Below, piece after piece: positions 1 to 9,481 of a DNA stretch of 64,000 nt (the first letter of the stretch is position 1; each line of letters starts with the position of its first letter). A model generated the notes under the pieces. The model was not told the DNA's origin and ran no database searches. It worked only from the letters and a program-made list of their open reading frames with translations. The position numbers and the translations under genes were made by a program. The stretch is from Gemmatales bacterium (GTDB lineage Bacteria > Planctomycetota > Planctomycetia > Gemmatales > HRBIN36), in contig JBEPZY010000007.1 of assembly GCA_041640595.1 (NCBI GenBank), positions 21,611 through 85,610 of the forward strand, in the 5' to 3' direction.

Positions 1-149
1 GCATTGAAGCCTCCTTTCTGCAGCAGAGCTCCCGGCGGACTGATGGCCAACTGGGTTGTACTTTGTATCGGCGAGGCTAATGTCTGCTTTCAGGGGAACA
101 AGCTCGGCACGGGGCTGTAGGAACTGGATAGGCCGTTATGCCCGTCAAC

Positions 150-839
150 TTAGGTGTTATCGCTGTGGTGAGCAGGGCAAAGCTGCTGAAATGTGCCGAA
201 CTCCCCTTCGGTTCCCGGCGAAAAATGCGCCAGTGCTGGTGGCTCGGAAAAGAGCGCCTGATCTATCGGCGCGGCCTGGAGGTGGCATCTGGCGATCTGC
301 ACCGTCTGGGTCAACCACGGTGGATGCCTGAAGGTGCCGAGCAGCAAACGCCCTTGTTGCCCCAGTGTGAACAAATGGTAACGTTCCAGCAACCAGGTGT
401 GTAGTGGATCGGAAACGGCCAATTCAGCATTTACCGAAAAGCGCAGAGCCAATTGGAGCCGACAGGAACGGTTGCATTTTGCATGAGCAAACTTTTCTGA
501 TGTGGCAAAACCGTACTGAATAAATGCGACCTGGTAGGGAATGGGGGTAGCCAGTCTGGCAGTGGTGACTGCGAGGTGATGATTGGCGTGAACACTGAAA
601 AACCAGATGCCGCTTTGCTCGCCATAGCGAACGTAGGTGCGGAGATTCACCTGGTTGAAACGCAGGGTAGGGAAAGGCAACGCGGTGTTCATAACGTGCA
701 TACGCATAACAACGAGACTGACCCAGGCTTGGCCGTCGAACTGGTCAATAGCCAGAACCGGCGGGACGTGACGCCGAAGAAAAGCTGCTGGAGCAGGCCA
801 ATGCAAGAAGAGGACAGACTCCAGTTGTTGCCGCCACAT
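150..839 (-). CDS. DUF2071 / YqjF-family protein
   Basis: LFLHWP, FDGQAWVSLV, QVNLRTYV, GIWFFS, WLLERY and HPPW motifs typical of YqjF/DUF2071. Start moved to the ATG at 839 to avoid overlapping the divergent kinase. Confidence 0.8.
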   Translation of the reverse strand: MWRQQLESVLFLHWPAPAAFLRRHVPPVLAIDQFDGQAWVSLVVMRMHVMNTALPFPTLRFNQVNLRTYVRYGEQSGIWFFSVHANHHLAVTTARLATPIPYQVAFIQYGFATSEKFAHAKCNRSCRLQLALRFSVNAELAVSDPLHTWLLERYHLFTLGQQGRLLLGTFRHPPWLTQTVQIARCHLQAAPIDQALFSEPPALAHFSPGTEGEFGTFQQLCPAHHSDNT

Positions 840-908
840 GGTCAGGTATCGCAGTTGCGCTGGCAATTTCTTATACTGATAGGGAAGGATGTCACCGGAT
901 GAAGAGTG

Positions 909-924
909 CGGCACACTTCTTGCA
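909..924 (+). promoter_or_regulatory. Putative sigma54 (-24/-12) promoter of the Ser/Thr kinase
   Basis: CGGCAC-ACTTC-TTGCA has exact GG-N10-GC spacing and ends 15 nt before the ATG at 940. Confidence 0.55.
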
Positions 925-939
925 AAACGGAACGAAACC

Positions 940-2388
940 ATGTCGCCGCCGATTACCAGCGCCGATCTGCTGACGCTCGTCCGCAAAAGCGGGTTGATCG
1001 ATAACGATCTGCTCGATGCCTACTGGGAATATCTGTCGGCCAAACAGGCGGTTCCGGACTCAGCTCGCGCTCTGGCGGAGCGGATGGTTCAGGATGGTGT
1101 GTTGACGCGACTGCAAGCCAGCCAATTATTGCTCGGCAAGTATCGTGGCTTTCTGGTGGCGGGGAAGTATAAACTTTTGGAGTTACTCGGTTCGGGAGGC
1201 ATGGGAAGTGTGTTGCTGTGCGAACATGTGTATATGGGTCGGTTAGTGGCCCTGAAGATTTTACCTATCAATTCTCAAGACCCGGCGGCAGTGGAGCGCT
1301 TTTACCGCGAAGCCCGTGCCGTGGCTGCCCTGGATCATCCCAACATTGTTCGCGCTTACGACGTAGATCGGAATGACAAAGTCCATTTTCTGGTGATGGA
1401 ATACGTGGACGGCATCAGTTTGCATCAGCTGGTCAAGAAGCGGGGGCCGCTGGATATTCGCCGTGCCGCACACTATATATCGCAGACCGCGGCCGGTCTG
1501 GAGCATGCTCATTCTTGTGGCTGGGTGCATCGGGACATTAAGCCCGGTAATTTGCTCCTGAATCGGCAGGGAGTTGTCAAAATCCTGGACATGGGATTGG
1601 CCCGCTTTTTCCAGGACCGGTACGAGCTCACCAGGCAGTATGACGAAAATGCGGTGATCGGCACGGCAGACTATATTTCTCCGGAACAAGCGACGGCACC
1701 GCACGAGGTGGACATTCGTTCGGACATCTACAGTTTGGGTGCGACCTTTTACTATCTGCTGACCGGCCGAGCACCGTTTGAAGAAGGCTCGGTGGCACAG
1801 AAGCTGTTATGGCACCAGGTACGCAAGCCGCCTCCCATTCGCAGCCTGCGACCGGACGTGCCTCCGGAAATGGAAGCGGTGGTGGACAAGATGCTGGCGA
1901 AAGCTCCCAGCGACCGCTACCAGACGCCGAAGGAAGTTATTGGTGCCTTATCGGCGTGGACCTGGCTACCGATTCCGCCACCCAGTGAAGAGGAAATGCC
2001 TCCACGTCGGAAAGATCCGATGGAGATTTTGCGACGTATCGCCCAGCATGTTCGTTCCAGACCTCGAACTCCTGGGGTACCTGTTGCAGCAGCCAGTTCC
2101 TCGACGGCGGATAAAACTGGCGGGGATACGACTCCGGCCCCGCTCTCCGGTGCTGGCGAACAAAGTGGAGAATCCATTTTCGGCGATAGCGGCACCGGAT
2201 CGAGTTCCGGCAGTTCCTTACAGATCGCTCCAACCGTAAGCGACAAGGTCAGGAGCACCGCCACATTGCAGGCGAAAGGAAACGAATCATTTGCATCCAT
2301 AGAAGGTGCCCAACCGGTTCAATCAACCGATCCGATCGAGGCGAGCCAGTCCGCTAATTCGCAACCTGGTTCTGCTGACAACAGTTGA
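940..2388 (+). CDS. Hanks-type Ser/Thr protein kinase with low-complexity S/G/P tail
   Basis: LGSGGMGSV, VALK, HRDIKPGN, DMG, GTADYISPEQ and DIYSLG motifs; planctomycete-type N-terminal LTRLQASQLLLGK segment. Confidence 0.95.
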   Translation: MSPPITSADLLTLVRKSGLIDNDLLDAYWEYLSAKQAVPDSARALAERMVQDGVLTRLQASQLLLGKYRGFLVAGKYKLLELLGSGGMGSVLLCEHVYMGRLVALKILPINSQDPAAVERFYREARAVAALDHPNIVRAYDVDRNDKVHFLVMEYVDGISLHQLVKKRGPLDIRRAAHYISQTAAGLEHAHSCGWVHRDIKPGNLLLNRQGVVKILDMGLARFFQDRYELTRQYDENAVIGTADYISPEQATAPHEVDIRSDIYSLGATFYYLLTGRAPFEEGSVAQKLLWHQVRKPPPIRSLRPDVPPEMEAVVDKMLAKAPSDRYQTPKEVIGALSAWTWLPIPPPSEEEMPPRRKDPMEILRRIAQHVRSRPRTPGVPVAAASSSTADKTGGDTTPAPLSGAGEQSGESIFGDSGTGSSSGSSLQIAPTVSDKVRSTATLQAKGNESFASIEGAQPVQSTDPIEASQSANSQPGSADNS

Positions 2389-2423
2389 TACCAGTCCCGG
2401 GGCAACGTTCGACATAAGGCTCC

Positions 2424-2510
2424 ATGACCTTCATGGTAAGCTGAAAACGGAAATTAAGGGCTAATAGCGGGTTCGCGTTGCTGCGCCTGATGACCTTCAT
2501 GCGAAGCTGA
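2424..2510. repeat. 21-nt direct repeat pair, 66-nt period
   Basis: ATGACCTTCATGGTAAGCTGA (2424-2444) and ATGACCTTCATGCGAAGCTGA (2490-2510), 19/21 identical, between convergent genes. Confidence 0.7.
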
Positions 2511-2552
2511 GGAAAGCTCATGCCGGTCGGCGTTGCATTGCTGGTCGCCAGA

Positions 2553-3914
2553 TCAATAACGCCAGATGAAATCAATGGTCCAGCGCCAGTCGAGGATGTC
2601 CTTACCTTTAGTGAGCGGGAACTCGAAAGCGGTGCCGATCTGGTAACGTTCGGAGCCGAAAAATTTGTAACGAACACCGACGCCGAGGGTGACGATGTCT
2701 TCTCCGCTGGCGCCGGTGCTGCCGAAGTTGAACAGATCGCCTCCTTCAAAATTGGCGACTAAAACTTTGCCGCTGCCGGTGTAATGGAACCAGTTGACTT
2801 CAACGAAGGGATAAATGCGCCGATAAAACTCGTAATCGGCGTGGAGACTGACGAAGAATGAGTCGCTGCGGTCGGAGTCCAAACCCGCGCGATAGCCGAT
2901 TGTGCCCATGAGATGCAGGTTGTCCAGCACTTCCTTGGCAACGGTGAGGTAGGGTACGACCGAACCGCTACCGGTGCTCTGAAAAACGTTGCCTCCACCT
3001 GCTGCGATTTCAAAGTTGACGCCGAAAGCTGCAATTATATTGGCTGCATCGTCTCGCCAGAAAGTCAGCTTCGGGCCAACGACGATTTCCGCGAAGCCGA
3101 TTTCATCTCCCAGCGGCGAAGGGGCGTCCGGCTGGAAAGCGATAAAGCCAAGTTTGGACAGAACAAGCGAGAGCCGGTCGTTCAGGGCGAGGCGTGCCTG
3201 CAGGGCGAACATTTCAATGTTGCCCCCGGCAAACAGCGGGTTGCTCTTGGGTGTATTCTGCAACAAAAACACCGGACGCAATTCCGTCAGTGCGCGTGGA
3301 TCCTCGAAGAAGAAGGGATTGGTTACCGGAGAAATGAACTCATCAAAAGCGTGGTCGCTCTGGAAGGTCGTGTTGATGTGGAACCACTGGCAATACTGTT
3401 CCATGCCGGAATTCTGGACGGTGCGGCTCAGCCAATCCCATGGGGCGGTTCCGAGGTCACCGCGAACCCTGGGCTCGGTCGTGCTGGTAGCCACCCCGCG
3501 AAGATAATTTTCATCCACCGAGCCTCGAACGACTGCGACTTGGTTTGGTGGGGCAGGCGATGGGAAATGGTCGGCTGCTAGTCGTATCGGGAGAGGTGTT
3601 GCCGGCCAGGGGGTGTCAGCATTTGGCACAATCCCCTCGGGCGTCGTGGCGGCGGCATGAGAAGCTGGCGAAGATTTCCGCGGCGTCCCCAACGTTACCA
3701 TCGGGCGTATTCCGCTATCGGAAACAAGGGAATTGCGAAATGGCGCCTGCGTGTCGGGATCGCTCATGGCCGCAGATTCTACCACTCGCCCACCGCGAGG
3801 GATGCCCAGAGTAACTGGCGGCTCTGCTAAAACATCAGCACATGCGACCAGTAACCAGGTCGCCCAGACGACAACTTGCGGCCACAGGGTGTTTTCGTCA
3901 CTTCGCTTGCACAC
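2553..3914 (-). CDS. Secreted, probable outer-membrane beta-barrel protein (planctomycete conserved hypothetical)
   Basis: Signal-peptide-like N-terminus, Pro-rich linker, amphipathic beta strands, aromatic C-terminus (WRWTIDFIWRY); GGAGG precedes the GTG start. Confidence 0.7.
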   Translation of the reverse strand: MCKRSDENTLWPQVVVWATWLLVACADVLAEPPVTLGIPRGGRVVESAAMSDPDTQAPFRNSLVSDSGIRPMVTLGTPRKSSPASHAAATTPEGIVPNADTPWPATPLPIRLAADHFPSPAPPNQVAVVRGSVDENYLRGVATSTTEPRVRGDLGTAPWDWLSRTVQNSGMEQYCQWFHINTTFQSDHAFDEFISPVTNPFFFEDPRALTELRPVFLLQNTPKSNPLFAGGNIEMFALQARLALNDRLSLVLSKLGFIAFQPDAPSPLGDEIGFAEIVVGPKLTFWRDDAANIIAAFGVNFEIAAGGGNVFQSTGSGSVVPYLTVAKEVLDNLHLMGTIGYRAGLDSDRSDSFFVSLHADYEFYRRIYPFVEVNWFHYTGSGKVLVANFEGGDLFNFGSTGASGEDIVTLGVGVRYKFFGSERYQIGTAFEFPLTKGKDILDWRWTIDFIWRY

Positions 3915-4183
3915 GCGATTTCCTCCCGCGGTCGCCCTGTGTCAGGTTTCACCGGCAATTTTTTACCTCGGTTGCTTTTTCGATAATTCCCCAAACAAAC
4001 CTGTAAAGGGCAATGGATAACTTCGCGGCCACGGAAGCCCAGTCGTTGTAACTGCAATGCCCGTCTTAGTGCGTAAACTAATGCCAGGTTACCTGGTTTG
4101 ACGTGCCAGTGCAGCTGGGGTTTACCCAGGATACCTTGCATTCGGCGGTCGAGGTGATACCTGGCAGCGGCAACGTCGGACAG

Positions 4184-4834
4184 TTACGGACAACAATGGC
4201 GTCGGCCACCGATGTAATAGTAACCGAAACTGAATCGCACTGGTGGCGGCACTGGTTCGACGACATATACCGGGCCGGGATCATAAATGACCGCAGGTCG
4301 CTCGTAGATAACGGTGCGCGGGGTGACCACCGTTACCGGACGGGGGTTCATGCTTAACATCGCCTGGATCACACGCTCGGAAACTCCCTGGTTTTTCAGG
4401 TAAATGATTTCGTCGGAAGTTAAGCGTGCCGGTAGGCCCACGTTGCGCACATGGGCGATGATGGTATCATCGGCAACGCCGTTGCGGGTCATATTAACCA
4501 CGTCCATGAGCAGCGATTGCTGGGAGGTCAGCTGGGCTTGCATGCGAGCTTCAGCTGCTGCAATTCGCGCTTCCGTACGCCGTTCCTGTTCGTCCATACT
4601 GGCACCGACAGCAGCTCCGGTCGCCGCTCCCAATGCCCCACCGATGAGCGCACCTCCTTCCGGATGTCCGGTGGCCGAACCGACTGCCAGACCGGCCATC
4701 GTTCCTAACAATCCGCCGACGGCCGCTCCGTTTCCCGTATGGGTAGCGCAACCGCAGACCCCGACCGCCACACTCAGCAGGACGAGGTGGCGGATTTTGT
4801 TCAGCGGTACGCGATTACACAGCCTTGCGGACAC
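4184..4834 (-). CDS. Glycine-zipper lipoprotein
   Basis: Lipobox-like VCGC then GAAVGGLLGTMAGLAVG...GALIGGALGAATGAAVG; GTG start at 4834 with GGAGG upstream. Confidence 0.8.
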   Translation of the reverse strand: MSARLCNRVPLNKIRHLVLLSVAVGVCGCATHTGNGAAVGGLLGTMAGLAVGSATGHPEGGALIGGALGAATGAAVGASMDEQERRTEARIAAAEARMQAQLTSQQSLLMDVVNMTRNGVADDTIIAHVRNVGLPARLTSDEIIYLKNQGVSERVIQAMLSMNPRPVTVVTPRTVIYERPAVIYDPGPVYVVEPVPPPVRFSFGYYYIGGRRHCCP

Positions 4835-5026
4835 GGTTTTGCCTCCGTGTTTTGGCAAACGGAGGTACACTGGGCACGCTTCGGAATCTGGCACGGTGCC
4901 GGTTGCAAGGGCGTAATACCCGTCCTTCCTCCGTCCCGCTAATACCGTTAATCGGCAGATCGGTCAAGCGGAATAGAGCCAGCCAGGCTTTGCATGGAAC
5001 TCCCTCGGTGCTCTTCGGTGCGGAGG

Positions 5027-6514
5027 TCAGACGGCGGTAGGCGCCGTTGCCAGCAATTTTTGGAAGCGTGCGTAGGCCTCGTCCCAGACGGCGGGCTCGC
5101 GTGGTTCATAAGATTCGACGCTGAACGATTGCCGCACCACGGCACGGGCTTCTTCCAGGGAAGAAAGCCAGCCCAGACCGAGCATTTGCACCAGTACATT
5201 GCCGATGCTGGTAGCCTCTACTGGCCCGGCCAGCACTTGCCGATTGCAGCAGTCGGCGGTCAATTGGTTCAGGAGACGATTCTGGCTACCCCCACCGACA
5301 ATGTGAATTACCTGCAAGCGCTGACCCAGAATTGCTTCAAGCCGTTCCACTACCCAGCGATATTTCAGGGCCAGGCTTTCCAGGCACAGCCGAATGAACT
5401 CACCGGGTGTTTGAGGAACCACCTGACCGGTTTTACGACAATAATCAGCGATAGCCGACGGCATACTGACCGGCAGCAGAAAGCCGGGATCATCGGGATC
5501 CACGAAAGCTTGCCGGCCCGGAGCGTTTTCCGCTAACCGTGTCAACTCGTCATAACTGTAGCTTTGCCCGGCTCGTTCCCAGCTGCGGCGGCACTCCTGA
5601 ACCAGCCACAACCCCATAACGTTCTTCAACAAGCGCACCCGATGTCCGTAACCGATTTCGTTGGTGAAGTTGTAGTTGAGTGTGCGAGCGTCAATGACAG
5701 GCTGAGGAGTTTCGACACCGACCAGCGACCAGGTGCCGGAGCTGATATAGCACCAGCTTTCGCCCTGAGCCGGGACCGCTACCACAGCCGACGCCGTATC
5801 ATGAGTCGCGGGTAACACCACCCGGGTATCTTTGCAGCCGGTTGCCTCGACAACATGCGGCAACAAATTTCCCAGCACAGTGCCGGGAGCCGTTATGGGC
5901 GGCAAAATGCTGGAGGGCAGGCTTAGCTTGTCCAGAAGGGGTTTCGCCCAGTCGCGTGCTACTGGGTCATACATTTGCGTGGTGCTGGCGTTGGTCAGCT
6001 CCACACTTTTGCGGCCGGTAAGCCAGAAATGGAATAGGTCAGCCATCAGCAGCATCGTTTCTGCCGCTGCCAGCAAGGGTGAGCGATGACGCTGGAGAGC
6101 CAGTAGCTGAAACAGGGTATTGATTCGCATGAACTGGATGCCTGTGGTGTGGAAGATTTCTTCGCGGCTGGCACGGGAGAAAGCGTATTCGAAAATGCCT
6201 TCGGTATGTGGATCGCGGTAGTGCCGGGGATTGCCCAGCAAAACATCGCCTCGCCCGAGCAGAGCAAAATCCACTCCCCAGGTATCAATTCCCACGCTGG
6301 CAGGGCTGCGGAATTGCTCCTGCGCTTTGCGCATGCCACAGAGGATTTCGTCGAACAGCCGCAACGCATCCCAGTACAGCCCATCCGGTAAGCGAACCGG
6401 GCCGTTGGGAAAACGGTGTACGGGATGCAGGCGGAGCGTCCGACCATCCCATTCTGCCACCAGGGCCCGACCACTCTCAGCTCCCAGATCGAACGCCAGC
6501 AGTTTCCCGGTCAT
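5027..6514 (-). CDS. rhaB: Rhamnulokinase (FGGY family)
   Basis: LAFDLGAESGR, GIDTWGVDF, HDTASA, YISSGTWSLVG, FTNE and GGGSQN motifs; AGGAGG RBS. Confidence 0.9.
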   Translation of the reverse strand: MTGKLLAFDLGAESGRALVAEWDGRTLRLHPVHRFPNGPVRLPDGLYWDALRLFDEILCGMRKAQEQFRSPASVGIDTWGVDFALLGRGDVLLGNPRHYRDPHTEGIFEYAFSRASREEIFHTTGIQFMRINTLFQLLALQRHRSPLLAAAETMLLMADLFHFWLTGRKSVELTNASTTQMYDPVARDWAKPLLDKLSLPSSILPPITAPGTVLGNLLPHVVEATGCKDTRVVLPATHDTASAVVAVPAQGESWCYISSGTWSLVGVETPQPVIDARTLNYNFTNEIGYGHRVRLLKNVMGLWLVQECRRSWERAGQSYSYDELTRLAENAPGRQAFVDPDDPGFLLPVSMPSAIADYCRKTGQVVPQTPGEFIRLCLESLALKYRWVVERLEAILGQRLQVIHIVGGGSQNRLLNQLTADCCNRQVLAGPVEATSIGNVLVQMLGLGWLSSLEEARAVVRQSFSVESYEPREPAVWDEAYARFQKLLATAPTAV

Positions 6515-6730
6515 GCTCACGTTCCTCCTAGCTGCTAAGGTTGTGGCTGCGGTCAACGTTCAGATTATGGCAGCGGGCCTAGCCTGCCAGCGCTGTTTTC
6601 CCCGGTCAAGGCGATGCATAAGACGACAGGCCATGCACAGCAAGCACAGCGCACTAAAATACCTGCGAGCAGCCGGGCCCGACAGCGGAATACTGGCTTT
6701 GGTTATGGCTGACTGATTAAGAGGCGAAAC

Positions 6731-7219
6731 ATGGCAGAGCACGCGGAGAGAAGAGAACCCGAGGCAGAATCGGCGTGCGAATTGCCGCAGGGTAATCCTC
6801 CGGATTCCGAAGTTCGCAGGCTTTTAGGGGAGATTCGCACGGTCGCTATCGTCGGCCTTTCTGATAAGCCAGAGCGAGATAGCTATCGCGTAGCTGCCTA
6901 TTTGCAGAAGCAGGGTTTGCGAATCCTGCCGGTTAATCCGAATGTTCGGGAAGTGCTCGGGGAAAAGGCATACGGGGATTTGGTCAGTTTGCCGGTCAAA
7001 CCGGATGCGGTAGTGGTGTTTCGCCGACCGGAAGCCGTGCCGGCCATCGTTGAACAGGCAAAGCAAATTGGTGCGAAAGTGCTCTGGTTGCAGCGGGGCA
7101 TTGTCCACAACGCCGCCGCTCAGACAGCGCGACAGGCTGGGATGCACGTTGTCCAGAACCGTTGCATTATGCAGGAGCATCAACGCTTGCTCAAAACCAA
7201 CGATGCCAGTGCGCAGTAA
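6731..7219 (+). CDS. CoA-binding protein (YccU-like)
   Basis: VAIVGLSDKPERDSYRV, PVNP, VFRRPE, LWLQ and NRCI motifs. Confidence 0.9.
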   Translation: MAEHAERREPEAESACELPQGNPPDSEVRRLLGEIRTVAIVGLSDKPERDSYRVAAYLQKQGLRILPVNPNVREVLGEKAYGDLVSLPVKPDAVVVFRRPEAVPAIVEQAKQIGAKVLWLQRGIVHNAAAQTARQAGMHVVQNRCIMQEHQRLLKTNDASAQ

Positions 7220-7257
7220 AATGTTATCAGGACAAGCCACTCCAGGCCGATGCAGCT

Positions 7258-9231
7258 ATGGCAGTAGAGGGAACAGCCTATCTGGTGGTACGTCGCAACG
7301 ATGGCCTGGGCAATGTTTATTTGCTCCAACCAGGCCGGCGGTATTTGATCGGGCGTGCCAGAACCAGCGAAATTGTACTGGCGGATGACCTTTGCAGCCG
7401 CCAGCATGCTGAGGTTTTTTTCCGCGATGGGCGTTGGCGAATCCGTGATTGTGGCAGTTTGAACGGGACTCGGGTGAACGGTGAATTGATCACAGGGGAA
7501 CGTGTTCTCGAACCTGCGGATGAGTTGCAAATGGGGCGTACCCAGCTGGTATTCGTCGAGCGGCTGGGTCAGGTTTCGGCCAGTGGGGAGCCTGCAAGCG
7601 ACACTCCGGATGACCGGCTGGCCATTCGCAAACGCCTCGGGCAAACCCGTTACGAGCTCACAGAGTTGCCGGAAATGGAGGATCAGCAGCTGACGGAATT
7701 CAAGTTGCCGCCCATTAACCGTCACCGAATGAGCCGCGATTTGTCGCTGCTGTATCGTTTGGCTCTGGAGATGGGATCGGCGACCACGCATGAGGAGTTG
7801 GCGCGGGTGGTGCTGAACGGTTTGCTGGAGGCGACGGTTGCTGATGCTGCTGCTTTGTTGCAGATACAAGGCCAGCGAGCTAATGTGCTGGCTCACCAGG
7901 AGCGCAGTGCCGCCCTCAACTGTCCTAAACTTCCCGAATTTGTTCTGCGGGAAGTGTTGCAGAGCCGCGAGGCCATTTTTGCCGAGCATCCCCAGCGCCT
8001 GCGCGTCTGGGAGGAAAACGCTGAATTTGCTACTGCCCAGACGACCGCGAACACGATTACGGCTTTGATCTGCGCACCGGTGATTGTGCATGAGCGTGTC
8101 GAGTTGGTATTGCAAGTATGCTGTGTGGATCCGCTCAAGGCCCTGAGCAGCGAAGACCTGGAACTGACCGTTGCCGTGGCCCGACAACTGGCGGTAGCCT
8201 GGCAGGCGGTACGGCGGCATCAGGAGTTGAGCGAGGAAAATCAGCGGCTGCGGGCTCAGGTTTTGCAGGAAGTGCAATTGGTGGGCGAAAGCCCGGCAAT
8301 GCAGCAAATCAAGGAAACCATACATCGCGTGGCTCCAACCAATGCAACCGTGCTCATTCGGGGTGAGAGCGGCGTCGGCAAGGAATTGGTCGCTCGCGCC
8401 TTGCATTTATGCAGCGCAAGGGCCGCCAAACCGTTTGTTTGCTTGAATTGCGCCGCGCTGGCAGAGTCCTTACTCGAAAGTGAACTTTTCGGGCACGAAA
8501 AAGGGGCGTTTACGGGAGCCACCGAACGCAAGATAGGTAAGTTTGAGGCGGCCAATGGCGGTACCATTTTCCTGGATGAAATAGGCGAACTCTCGCCGAC
8601 AGCGCAGGCCAAATTGTTGCGGATCATCGAAGGCCATCCTTACGAACGTGTCGGTGGTTCCGAGCCGATCCGCGTCAACGTAAGGGTGATCGCAGCGACG
8701 AACCGGCCCCTGGAGGAAGCGGTTCGCTCAGGGCAATTTCGTCGTGATCTGTACTACCGGCTGCAGGTCGTGGAAATCCTGGTGCCGCCGTTGCGGGAAC
8801 GCCGTCAGGATATTCCCTTGCTGGCGGAATTCTTTCTGCGGCAGTTTGTTGCCCAGACCGGTCGCAAGATCCGCGGATTTACGTCGGCAGCCATGAAGAA
8901 GCTTCAGGAACACACCTGGCCAGGGAATGTCCGCGAGCTGCGGAACACGATTGAACGGGCTGTAGTGCTGGCCACCGGGCCGGTGATTGATGCGGATGAC
9001 ATCTGGCTGGCACCTCTGGGTCGAGAAACTTCATCGGCGGAAAGCCAGCAGCAAGGGTATGAGCCAATTCCACTGGAAGAGCTGGAAAAACGCCATATCC
9101 TTGCGACACTGGAACACACTCGCTGGAACAAAAGTCAGGCCGCCCGAATCCTCGGCATCGAACGCTCCACCCTCGACCGCAAGATTCACGCCTACGGATT
9201 GCAAAAACCGGTCGGCATTAGCGAAGATTAA
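7258..9231 (+). CDS. Sigma54-dependent activator, FHA-GAF-AAA+-Fis HTH
   Basis: FHA (IGR..CSRQHA..GSLNGT), GAF-like middle region, GESGVGKE, ESELFGHEKGAFTGA, FLDEIGE, WPGNVREL and a C-terminal HTH. Confidence 0.95.
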   Translation: MAVEGTAYLVVRRNDGLGNVYLLQPGRRYLIGRARTSEIVLADDLCSRQHAEVFFRDGRWRIRDCGSLNGTRVNGELITGERVLEPADELQMGRTQLVFVERLGQVSASGEPASDTPDDRLAIRKRLGQTRYELTELPEMEDQQLTEFKLPPINRHRMSRDLSLLYRLALEMGSATTHEELARVVLNGLLEATVADAAALLQIQGQRANVLAHQERSAALNCPKLPEFVLREVLQSREAIFAEHPQRLRVWEENAEFATAQTTANTITALICAPVIVHERVELVLQVCCVDPLKALSSEDLELTVAVARQLAVAWQAVRRHQELSEENQRLRAQVLQEVQLVGESPAMQQIKETIHRVAPTNATVLIRGESGVGKELVARALHLCSARAAKPFVCLNCAALAESLLESELFGHEKGAFTGATERKIGKFEAANGGTIFLDEIGELSPTAQAKLLRIIEGHPYERVGGSEPIRVNVRVIAATNRPLEEAVRSGQFRRDLYYRLQVVEILVPPLRERRQDIPLLAEFFLRQFVAQTGRKIRGFTSAAMKKLQEHTWPGNVRELRNTIERAVVLATGPVIDADDIWLAPLGRETSSAESQQQGYEPIPLEELEKRHILATLEHTRWNKSQAARILGIERSTLDRKIHAYGLQKPVGISED

Positions 9232-9481
9232 CCCAGCCACTTTGCCAGGTTCGGCGGGAACCTCTTGACTCATGTGGTACCAAAACCGCCTTTGGAATCG
9301 CCAGGCCGACCGGTTCGTTTTGATGTGGCAATTGTCGTTGAAGTAATCCCACGGGGCGTCCGTTTGTCGGAAATTCGCGCTGGCCGGGTAAGCTATTGGC
9401 CCGTCAACGTTTACCGCCTAAACTAGCGCTCATGCGTGGCGGTTTGCAGGATACCGACGCTATTTCCAGAGGAGACTTCGC

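Noticed and set aside
1..17. Minus-strand ATG at 2-4 with AGGAGG upstream
   Set aside because: Probably the start of a gene running out of the window; nothing can be translated or assigned.
4083..4163. Short palindromes CCAGGTTACCTGG and CTGGGGTTTACCCAG, with recurring ATACCT words
   Set aside because: Too short and irregular to call a repeat family or operator.
7180..8406. 408-aa minus-strand ORF
   Set aside because: Antisense shadow of the sigma54 activator; no recognisable motifs.
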